Shown: positions 1 to 8,682 of the stretch, in pieces | How positions within the stretch are numbered: the first letter of the stretch is position 1 | How the letters are laid out: each line of letters starts with the position of its first letter | Origin: Fonticula alba ATCC 38817 | Lineage: Eukaryota; Protista; Nucleariida | NCBI GenBank assembly: GCA_000388065.2 | Contig: KB932201.1 | Reading direction: 5' to 3' (one strand) | Length of the DNA stretch: 10,839 nt | The notes under the pieces: generated by a model | What the model was told of the DNA's origin: nothing | Databases searched by the model: none | What the model saw: only the letters and a program-made list of their open reading frames with translations | Program-made: the position numbers and the translations under genes

Positions 1-316
1 CCCCCCCCCCCCCCCCCCGGAGTCTAGACATTAGTGCGCCCTCCGCAAAAAGCCCCAGCCCCCGTCGTCGGGCCTGCTCGCATCCACGCCGAGGGCAATG
101 TGTCCAGATCTCCGCGACCCGCGAATGGAAGGGAGGGGGGGCAGCCTGTCGACGAGGCCTGACGATCAGCCAGCAGGTCTCCGCAACGGGTGTCGCCTCA
201 CGGCACGGAGGGAAGGCCAGCCCCCTCTTCGGGGACCCCCGCGGTGCGGTGGCTGGCCTCGCCCCTGTACAAGCCCCCCTCCCGAAGCATACACACTCGC
301 GCACCTCCCTGTCCCC

Positions 317-332
317 CTCTCTCTCTCTCTCT
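317..332 (+). repeat. (CT)8 microsatellite upstream of the release-factor ATG
   Basis: Direct reading; it lies in a pyrimidine-rich stretch that is probably 5'UTR or promoter. Confidence 0.85.
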
Positions 333-471
333 CCCCCTCTTTCTCAGTGCTTCGCCCTCCGTCTGCCCTTTCCCCCGGATTTGCACCTCCCCCTCCCCCC
401 CTTGGCGGTCCTCCTGAACACACGCCAGCGTGCGCGGTCTTTGACGACCCATTTGGCCCCCCTCCCCTCGG

Positions 472-579
472 ATGTTCCGGCTGACTCTGTCTACGGCCGC
501 GCGGTTTGCTGGTGCCCACTTGGGCACGCGGACCGCCGCGCGAGCCGGCGCCCCGATGGCCATGCGGGCCTTTGCCTCG
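472..579 (+). other. Probable mitochondrial targeting presequence of the release factor
   Basis: [36 protein letters not shown] is rich in Arg, Ala, Thr and Leu, has no acidic residue, and has an R-A-F-A-S cleavage-like end. It precedes a bacterial-type RF1 in an intron-containing gene. No predictor was run. Confidence 0.7.
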
Positions 580-1808
580 CATGCCGCCGAGGCGTCCTCT
601 TCCTCCTCCTCCTGGAAGCCCTTTCCCCAGGCGCTGGAGCTGCGCCTGCTGTCCATCAAGTCCCGGCAGCAGTACCTGATGGAGCGCCTGGCGTCGAGTG
701 ATGTGCGTGGTCCCTGGCCCTTGGGGGCTGCCTCCTGCGCACTGGGCTTGGGCCCTCCCCCCCCCCCCCCCCCCGGCTAACATCCATCCCGCAGGAGTCC
801 ATCACCCCCGCCGAGCGGACCAACCTCGGCCGGGAAATGTCCACCCTCGGGCCGATCATCGAGCGGTACCAGAACACGCTGCAGATCCGCGCCGAGCTGG
901 ACTCGCTGGACCAGATGATGCAGGCCGAGCGCGATGCCGACATGTTGGCCATGGTGCGCGAGGAGCGCGAGGAGGCCCTCGCCCGGCTGGCCACCTCGGA
1001 GGACGCGCTGATGACGGACCTCCTGCCGAAGGACAAGCACGATGTGGCCAATGCCATCTTGGAAGTGCGGGCCGGGACCGGCGGCGACGAGGCGGCCATC
1101 TTCACGCGGGAAATGCTGCGCATGTATGAGCGCTATGCGGCCGGGCGGCGGTGGAAGTTCGAAATCCTGTCGCAGACGGTGGAGCACTCGACCCGGGGGC
1201 TGCGCGATGCCACGGCCCTGATCTCCGGGCGCGATGTCTTCGGCATCCTGAAGTACGAGTCTGGCACGCACCGGGTCCAGCGTGTTCCGCAGACCGAAAA
1301 CCAGGGCCGCGTGCACACGTCCACCATGACGGTGGCCGTGCTGCCGGAGGCCTCGGACGTGGACATCAAGATCCGCGAGTCGGACCTGCGCATTGACGTC
1401 TACCGCGCCGGCGGGGCTGGCGGCCAGCATGTGAACACCACCGACTCGGCGGTGCGGATTACCCACATCCCCACCGGGGTGGTGGTGGCCATCCAGGATG
1501 AGCGGTCGCAGCATCAAAATCGCGAGAAGGCCATGAAGATCTTGGCCGCCCGGCTGTATGACCTGGAGCGCCAGCGGTTGGCCGAGGAGCGCCGCGACGC
1601 GCGCAACGAGCTCATCGGCACCGGGTCCCGGAGTGAGAAGATCCGCACGTACAATGTCCAGCAGGACCGGGTGACCGACCACCGGATTGAGGAGTCCCTG
1701 CACAACTACGCCAGCTTCATGGATGGCGACATGCTGGACCAGTTCGTGGAGCGACTGCAGAAGCGCGACCGTGAGGCTCAGCTGGAGGAGCTGCTGGACA
1801 CCGTGTAA
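472..1808 (+). CDS. MRF1: Mitochondrial peptide chain release factor 1 (RF1/prfA-type, mtRF1a-like); exons 472-702 and 795-1808, 414 aa
   Basis: Joining ORF 472-780 to ORF 837-1808 through a phase-0 GT-AG intron gives a continuous frame (...LASSD|ESITPAER...). The protein has [26 protein letters not shown] (PxT codon-recognition tripeptide of RF1, 1287-1295), the catalytic GGQ (1419-1427, [15 protein letters not shown]), [10 protein letters not shown] and RSEKIRTYN. It ends at TAA 1806-1808. Third codon positions are strongly G/C. Confidence 0.95.
703..794 (+). other. Spliceosomal intron (92 nt) of the release factor gene
   Basis: Donor GTGCGT at 703, C18 run at 757-774, branch point CTAAC at 777-781, and the first downstream AG is the CAG at 792-794. 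Removal is phase 0 and bypasses the in-frame TAA at 778-780. Confidence 0.9.
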
Positions 1809-1819
1809 AGCCCGGGGGC

Positions 1820-1838
1820 GGGGGGGGGGGGGGGGGGG
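1820..1838 (+). repeat. G19 homopolymer 11 nt after the release-factor stop codon
   Basis: Direct reading of the sequence. Confidence 0.95.
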
Positions 1839-2722
1839 CTCTGCCATGGGGCCCTGCGCAGCCCCCCGTTTCTGGGTGTCTCCCTCTCCCTCTGACTACG
1901 GCCCTCGGCGTACGTGGTAACGAAGCGCTCTTCCTCCTTTTGGCCGTCCTCCCTCGGCTCCCGCCTGGCTCTTCCTCGTGTGCAGACGCCCCAGACAGCT
2001 GGAATAGATGAATGGCTTTTTTTGCCGAGTCACATATGTGGGCCATGTTGCCCTGGGTTTTGTCGGGCGTGCATGCGTGGGTGCGTGTGCGTCCTCCTGG
2101 GGATGAGGGAGGCGGGGATGCATGCGGCAGAGAGCCGCCCAGGGAAGCCGATCCAACCACGGGCATACACGTGCCATGACATCGCTCTCTCCGGCCCCCC
2201 CCCCTGCATCTTCTCTGCTGGCTCTCTGCCCGGCCCTGCTCTCCTGCCAGAGGTCTGCACTCTCTCGCCCAGCCGCCGCCGCCGGCCCCCCCCCCCCCCC
2301 CTGCGCGACCCCGGGCCATGGCGGTGACACTGGCGAGGCGATGTGGCGATCCGGAAAGGGGGAAAAAAAAAAGAGAAATATATTCAATTTACTTCTGGGA
2401 TTTCTTCGGATAACGTAAAACACATACATCCTCCGCCCGGCCCCCCCGCCACACTCCCACCATATTGCGTGCATCATCTCACGGAGCGTGCGCGCGCGCG
2501 CGAGCGAGAAAGAGCGCACATGCCTGCTCACAGAAGGGAACTGGCTCTGGGCAGCGGGTGCGCATCATTCTCACAGGCTGCGCAAGGAGAGAGGAACGGG
2601 GAGAGAGGAGGAGATAACATGCGCACACAGCGCGCGCGCACCCCCCCCTCCAAGCGAGGTCTAAAAAATGGAGGGCGCGGGCGCGGGCGCACGCGGCGGA
2701 GAGAGGAGACACCCCAGGCCCC

Positions 2723-2738
2723 GAGAGAGAGAGAGAGA
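2723..2738 (+). repeat. (GA)8 microsatellite in the 3' flank of the ABC ATPase gene
   Basis: Direct reading of the sequence. Confidence 0.85.
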
Positions 2739-2806
2739 GGCAGCAGCATCCGGTCAAAGGCCTTTTCTTCTTCCCACACGCACGTAGGTGGCGCGCGCAC
2801 GCGCCC

Positions 2807-4774
2807 CTACTCCACCGCCTGGAAGCCATACTTCAGGGCCTCGTAGTCGGAGTCCGAGCGGATGACCGTGCGAGACCAGCTCTTGGTGGGGACAGCGCCG
2901 GTGCTGTTGCTCATGCTGCCACTGGAGGAGGAGGAGGAGGAGGAGGGGGAGCCGGCACCCGGGGAGAGGGCCACACTGGCGGTGGAGCCCGAAAGCGGGG
3001 AGCTGACCATGACAGCCGCCGGGGGGTGGGAGCGCGGGGAGCCCGGGGCCGTGGAGGCGGTGGTGGAAGCCGGGCCGCCAACCGGCGTGCCACCGGCCAG
3101 GAGCTGGGTGAAGGCGAGGTCCTGCTCGTCCAGGCCGCGGAAGGCCCGTGCGCGGGTCTGCGCCGACACCACCTCGGTCTGGGCCACCTTGCCGTCGCGC
3201 ATCCACACCACGCGCGTGGCGAAGTTCTTCAGATACACGTCGTGCGTAACCATGACGAGGGTCATGCCATCGAGCTCATTCAGCTGGCGCAGCAGGCGCA
3301 CCACGGACTTGGTGTTGACGGTGTCCAGGTCGCCGGTCGGCTCGTCAAGCAGCAAAACCGACGGCCGGTTGGCAATGGCGCGGGCGATGGCCACACGCTG
3401 CTGCTCACCGCCGGACAGCATGTTGGGCATGTGGTCCATCCGGTGGTGGAGGTTCATGCGCTCGAGGCTGGCCACGGCACGGGCCCGGATTTCGCTGGTG
3501 GCTGGGGGGGGGGAGGGGGAGGCGTGTTAGGGAGGAGGCATGGGAGGGGAGGGGGAGGAGGGGGGAGGGGGAGGAAAAGAGAAAGGAGAATGTCGGTCCG
3601 AGCGGGGTGGATCGGCCCCCGGGAGAAGGGGGAGCACGGCCCGGCCTGGCGGGGGCACATCGTGTGTGGATCCCAACACCAGCCGCCCGGAGCATGTGAA
3701 TGTCGGCCACACATTGACCCGAGGACGAGTGGAGCGTTTCCTCGACCTCAGGCTTCGATAGGGCCAGGGGGGGGGGGGGAGAGGGAGCGAGAAAGAAGGG
3801 AGGGGGGGGGGAAACATACAGAGATCGCCCTTGAGGATCATCGGCAGCTCGACATTCTCGCGCGCGGTCATCGACGACAGGAGGTTGAAGGTCTGGAAGA
3901 CGAAGCCCAGGGTGCCGAGGCGGATGTCGGCCAGCACGGAGTCCGGGGTCTTGGGGTTGATGAGCCGGCCGCCGATCCAGAGCTCGCCCTTGGTGGGCTT
4001 GTCGATGGTGCCGATGAGGTTCAGCATGGTGGTCTTCCCGCCGCCGGAGGTGCCATAGATGACGACCCACTCGCCGCGGCGAATGGAAAGGCTGACCCCG
4101 CGCAGGGCGGGCACACCCTCGACACCCATCAGGTAGGTCTTGTGGACGTTGTTCAGGTGGATGATGGTGTCCTCGCGGGGGGTTTCGCCGTCGTAGCAAT
4201 CGGCCGTCGTGTTGCGCTGGGTGTCGTAGGTGATGTGGGCCACCATGCCGGCCGGGTCGTCATCGGCGTCGGCATCGACGACAGCCTCGCCGGGCGCCGG
4301 GCCCCCGTCGCCGGGCCCGCCACCAAGGCTCACCACCTCCAGCTCGGCGGTGATCTCATCGATGCTGGTGACAGCCGGCCGCGGGGAGGAGGGATGCCCC
4401 CCGAGGGAGTGCCCGCTGGCGGTGGTGTCGGTGGCCGAGGGCCGGTGCACTTCCGCCAGCGAAGGCCGGTGCACATCCGCCAGCGAGGACCGGCGGATGT
4501 CCTGCGCGGAGCCGGGCAGCCCGCCGGCCGCGGCAAGTGAAGACCGGCGAACATCCGGCGACCCGCGCCGGATGTCCAGCGATCCGCGACGCTGGTCCAG
4601 TGACCCGCGGCGCGTCTCGCCCGCTGGCGGCGGGTCCAGCAGGGGAGACCCCCCCGCGGTCGGGGGGATATCGGACAATGAGGGGTCCGAGCGGAGCTGG
4701 TCCGGGCGCGACAACTTCGGCGTGCCAGCCGGCGAGCCGGGCGACACCATCAGCGGCGACTCCGAGGAGGTCAT
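2807..4774 (-). CDS. Stand-alone ABC ATPase (single NBD, LolD/MacB/FtsE-like; resembles the protist ABCH-type NBD-only proteins); exons 4774-3820 and 3501-2807, 549 aa
   Basis: The motifs are IHLNNVHKTY, Walker A GTSGGGKT (4054-4031), Q-loop GFVFQTFNLL, signature LSGGEQ (3418-3401), Walker B/D-loop LLLDEPTGDLD and H-loop VMVTHD. A phase-1 intron joins KGDL-T|CC-TSEIRARAVASLERM. The stop is TAG at 2809-2807. No hydrophobic transmembrane segment is visible. The start at ATG 4774 is inferred; ATG 4822 is the alternative if the upstream intron is not spliced. Confidence 0.9.
3502..3819 (-). other. Spliceosomal intron (318 nt) of the ABC ATPase gene
   Basis: On the minus strand the donor is GTATGT at 3819, the branch point is CTAAC at 3530-3526, followed by a C-rich tract and the first AG at 3503-3502. 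Splicing restores the frame between the Q-loop and the signature motif. Confidence 0.9.
4433..4612 (-). repeat. Coding tandem repeat (4 units at 7-aa period, then 3 units at 8-aa period) encoding RRxS/HRPS motifs
   Basis: Translation reads RRGSLDQ RRGSLDI RRGSPDV RRSSLAA...QDI RRSSLADV HRPSLAEV HRPSA in the N-terminal extension of the ABC ATPase. Confidence 0.85.
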
Positions 4775-4782
4775 GATCGAGG

Positions 4783-5018
4783 CTGCGCAAGTCGACGGAC
4801 ATCGGCGGGGGGAAGAGGACATGGGCGTTAGCCAGGTGGCAGGGGACAGGTGTGCAGGGCACGGGCTGGCTATGGGACGATGCTGCCAGGGCAGACCCCC
4901 AGGGAGGACACGCACGCTTGGGGTTGTGTGCACACAGCAGGGTGGTGGTTGCTGGGGGGGGCGGGCGGGACAGGAGGCGATGTGTCTGGCGCGTGCTCTT
5001 TCGCTTGCTCTTACTCAC
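4783..5018 (-). other. Probable 5'UTR intron (236 nt) of the ABC ATPase gene
   Basis: On the minus strand there is a canonical donor GTGAGT at 5018, a branch point CTAAC at 4831-4827, no AG until the CAG at 4785-4783, and then ATG 4774 follows 8 nt after the acceptor. There is no transcript evidence. Confidence 0.65.
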
Positions 5019-5207
5019 AAAAGGAAGGAGATCCAAGCTACGCGGATGGGATTGTGCGCGGGTGCGGGTGCGGGTGCGGCGGCGTGGGGGAGAGGGCGAA
5101 GGAGGAGGGCGAAGGGGCTTTTGTGGCTGCTGGCGGCGACGGCGAGGGGTGGAGGAGGCACGGGGACCCCTGGAGAAACATAGGTGGCCGGGCCACTCGG
5201 AGACCGG

Positions 5208-5215
5208 CTTTTATA
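5208..5215 (-). promoter_or_regulatory. Candidate TATA box of the ABC ATPase gene
   Basis: A consensus TATAAAAG lies on the minus strand in otherwise very GC-rich DNA, about 190 nt upstream of the 5'UTR-intron donor and in the gene's orientation. Confidence 0.55.
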
Positions 5216-6355
5216 GTGGTACCTGAGAAAGGGCCGGCACCCCCGGCGGAGAGGGGCGCGGGCGAGCGGGGAGACAGGGCACCGGGCCGGGGACCGAGCA
5301 CACCGGCCAAAAGCCGCGCGGGAGACAGGCCCCCAACCCGCCTCGCCCCGCACAGCCCCGACCCACCCGTGCGTGTATATTGTGCGTGAGTGTCGCAGGA
5401 CAGATGTGTGGATGACCGCCCCCCCCCCCCCGGCTGGCCCCCACACCCTCGGCCCCGGCTTGGTCAATGGGAGCTAGTCTCCCGGCGGCCGCCAGCGGCC
5501 CGGTGGCGGGGGGAACACCGCGGGCTGGCACGCTCCAGGCCCTCTCTCATTCCGCTTACTGCATAGCCTCTTAAGGGGGAGTGACGACTCATGGCACCTG
5601 CGCCCACCCCGGGGGGTGGGGCGTCCCCTTCACGGCCGAGGCACGGTCTAGTCCCTGAACGGGGAAGGGTGGGACAGAAGGAAGCCCAGCCGGCGAAACC
5701 CGGTGGTGTTCGGATTGTTCTGCCACGCCCTTCTTGTGTCCCCCCCCCCCCCACCCCTGCCACCGCCAGTTGCTCGGGAGCCGAGGCAGCGGCAGCAGCA
5801 ACAGCATCGGGCTGGGGCCCTGGGGAGGGCTCGCCGCGTTTCCCGGTGCCCGGAGCCCTGCCGCAGAGCCGCAACAAGGTCAGTCCCCGCCCTGCCGAGG
5901 CGGGAAAGGCCGCGGAGCGCCAGAAGTGGCACTCGAGATGAGATCATGAATGACATTTTGCCGCTCGTGACCCCCTCGGCACGGGGCCGCGCTGTCACTT
6001 CGCCGAGGGCCTCAGCCGGATCTCTCCAGAGCGGGCGACGCCAACTTCCTGGCGCTCCAGAACGGGAAGCTCGTGCGGGCCGGCCGGAAATGCGCGCCCC
6101 GGCCAGCCGGCAGCTAACTGTGGTGGAGGCTGCGCCGGGGGGGGGGGGGCAAGGGGGACAAGGGGGGAGGGGCAGCATCCTCTCCAGGTCCCAGCTCTTC
6201 CCCGGCCTCCCTTCGTCCGGGGAGGGGGCGTGGGGGGCGCGCTGTGTACCCCCGGGCCGATCGGCTGGCGGATCTGGCCTCCTGTCCCCCTCGGAAAAGC
6301 CGGCAAGCAAAAAAGCACACGAAAAGACACGGTCCCCCCGCCGGCCCCTCGCTGT

Positions 6356-6382
6356 CCCCCCCCCCCCCCCCCCCCCCCCCCC
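6356..6382 (+). repeat. C27 homopolymer (longest in the window), intergenic
   Basis: Direct reading of the sequence; the exact length may be affected by sequencing error. Confidence 0.9.
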
Positions 6383-6843
6383 GGCAAAGGGGCCGGACCG
6401 AGATCGAACGCCGCCACACCGCCCGCGTCCCAGCCCGGGGGAACGGCCCCCGACGGGACACTCTGCCCGATGGTGATGCCGTGGGTGTGCCAGCGCTGGC
6501 ACGTCTTTCCTGCCCCTCGGGGCGCGGGAGAGATGGCGAGGCTCCGGATCCAGCCGGGCTCCCTCTTGGCAGGGCGCCTTGGCGGGGCTTGGGGAGCAAT
6601 CTCGCCCGAGCACACCAGATCGGGGCCCAGCCGCACGCGTCACCGGTCCACCCCCGCCCGGCTGCCGGGGAGCGGGATATGCGCGCCTTTGGCCCACCCC
6701 CGCCCGCCCGCCCGCCCGCCTGAGTGTCTCTGCACGGACACACCCACCCGATGCAAGCAGGGGTGGGCCGGTGATTGTGGGAAAATAATTGTGTCCGTCG
6801 TGTCCCCGGGCCGTGGTGCTCGCTGTTGCATCATCACCCCCCC

Positions 6844-7629
6844 NNNNNNNNNNNNNNNNNNNNNNNNNNNNNNNNNNNNNNNNNNNNNNNNNNNNNNNNN
6901 NNNNNNNNNNNNNNNNNNNNNNNNNNNNNNNNNNNNNNNNNNNNNNNNNNNNNNNNNNNNNNNNNNNNNNNNNNNNNNNNNNNNNNNNNNNNNNNNNNNN
7001 NNNNNNNNNNNNNNNNNNNNNNNNNNNNNNNNNNNNNNNNNNNNNNNNNNNNNNNNNNNNNNNNNNNNNNNNNNNNNNNNNNNNNNNNNNNNNNNNNNNN
7101 NNNNNNNNNNNNNNNNNNNNNNNNNNNNNNNNNNNNNNNNNNNNNNNNNNNNNNNNNNNNNNNNNNNNNNNNNNNNNNNNNNNNNNNNNNNNNNNNNNNN
7201 NNNNNNNNNNNNNNNNNNNNNNNNNNNNNNNNNNNNNNNNNNNNNNNNNNNNNNNNNNNNNNNNNNNNNNNNNNNNNNNNNNNNNNNNNNNNNNNNNNNN
7301 NNNNNNNNNNNNNNNNNNNNNNNNNNNNNNNNNNNNNNNNNNNNNNNNNNNNNNNNNNNNNNNNNNNNNNNNNNNNNNNNNNNNNNNNNNNNNNNNNNNN
7401 NNNNNNNNNNNNNNNNNNNNNNNNNNNNNNNNNNNNNNNNNNNNNNNNNNNNNNNNNNNNNNNNNNNNNNNNNNNNNNNNNNNNNNNNNNNNNNNNNNNN
7501 NNNNNNNNNNNNNNNNNNNNNNNNNNNNNNNNNNNNNNNNNNNNNNNNNNNNNNNNNNNNNNNNNNNNNNNNNNNNNNNNNNNNNNNNNNNNNNNNNNNN
7601 NNNNNNNNNNNNNNNNNNNNNNNNNNNNN
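6844..7629. other. Assembly gap (786 N)
   Basis: A run of N, flanked on the left by a C7 run. Confidence 1.
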
Positions 7630-7663
7630 CTGTGTTGGCCATTTCGGCTCCCCCCCCCCCCCC
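7630..7663 (+). repeat. 34-nt exact direct repeat, copy 1 (CTGTGTTGGCCATTTCGGCT + C14), probably a contig overlap
   Basis: It is identical to 10806-10839, begins exactly at the contig edge and falls inside the same RNF10 intron. Confidence 0.95.
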
Positions 7664-7720
7664 TCCCTCCCTTGTTCCTCACCCTTCCCCCCCCCCTCAA
7701 CCCTCTGTCTCGGGCTCTAG
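7630..7720 (+). other. 3' part of RNF10-like intron 2
   Basis: It contains C14 and C10 runs and a TAG acceptor at 7718-7720. It is phase 2 and matches the donor at 10798 (GCC AG|C TAC = A-S-Y). Confidence 0.8.
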
Positions 7721-8651
7721 CTACCGGTTTCTCCTCCGGCGCTGCCAGTCTACGGCCCCGGCTGCCGGGTGGTTCCAGGACTTCGACACCCCGCCGGACT
7801 GGGACCTGGTAGATGAGCTGGTGCTGCACATGCCGGCAGCCCCGTCGGCCCTGGCCGAGCACCTGGTCGAGGATCGCCATGATGGCCGGGAGCTCTTGCA
7901 AACCTGTGTCATCTGCCTGTCGACGCCCTTTGCCGCGCGCATCACCCCCTGCGGGCATATCTTCTGCTATACCTGCCTCCTGCGCATGCTCCTCATCCAA
8001 AATGGCTACTTCGCTGGCGACGACTTCCGGTCGCCGGTGGCCGACGCCGCCTGGGCTGCCAAGCGGGTGTCCTGCTTTTGCCCCGTCTGCTCGCAGGTCT
8101 TTTCTCTGGGGGACATCCGTCCGGTCCGCCAGGCGCCGGATGTCTTTCCGCCGCCCGCTGTGCCCGGGACTCTGGCCGATGGGGCGGACTTGCCCACCGC
8201 CCAAACCTACTGGGCCGGGCTGCTCCCCTCTTCGGGCCTCGCCACGCCGGCATCCGGCCTGGCCAGCTCCGGCCACACCGAGGACTTGTCCCCCTCCGGT
8301 CTCCCCTCCGAACATGCTGCCACCCCTGATGGCCAGGCCCCTGCCGAGGCCATGGCCGGGCCTGCCGATGACGATGCTGCTCCAGGTGGTGTCGATACTT
8401 CGGCACATGGCGCGGCGCCCCTCGCCCCGTGTACCGAGTCGCCTGAGCCTGCCCTCGACTCTCCTTCATCTGCCCCGGAGACCGATGCGTCTGCCACCAT
8501 GGCCCATGCACCTGCCCCAAAGCCCGGCACCTCGAGCAGGGAGACCTCGCCCAAGCGCCCGGCCCATTTGCCAGCCTTCCCGCTTGTGGAATTTACTCTG
8601 ATGACTCGGCATCGGGTGCGCGATCATGTCCTCACCATGCGCTCTCCCCTC

Positions 8652-8682
<31 letters not shown>

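Noticed and set aside
556-564. Downstream in-frame ATGs (M29, M31) suggesting a cytosolic RF1 isoform
   Set aside because: Methionines within presequences are common, and nothing in the sequence supports alternative initiation.
777-1847. 356-aa minus-strand ORF
   Set aside because: It is the antisense shadow of the RF1 CDS. High third-position GC suppresses stops on the opposite strand, and it has no recognisable domain.
3026-4540. 504-aa plus-strand ORF (and the 317-aa ORF at 4230-5183)
   Set aside because: These are antisense shadows of the ABC ATPase gene that run through an intron's poly-G and have no motifs.
4775-4933. N-terminal 53 aa of the supplied 468-aa ORF (GTG start at 4933)
   Set aside because: GTG initiation is not expected in a eukaryote, and the region has the branch point and acceptor of an intron.
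5935-5960. ATGA-rich patch (GATGAGATCATGAATGAC) as a snoRNA C box
   Set aside because: There is no exact RTGATGA, and no matching D box or terminal stem at a plausible distance.
5703-6476. 257-aa plus-strand ORF as a possible fourth gene or RNF10 first exon
   Set aside because: It has low-complexity Pro/Arg/Gly content derived from homopolymers, background-like codon usage and no motif, and better RNF10 5' exons exist at 10337-10797.
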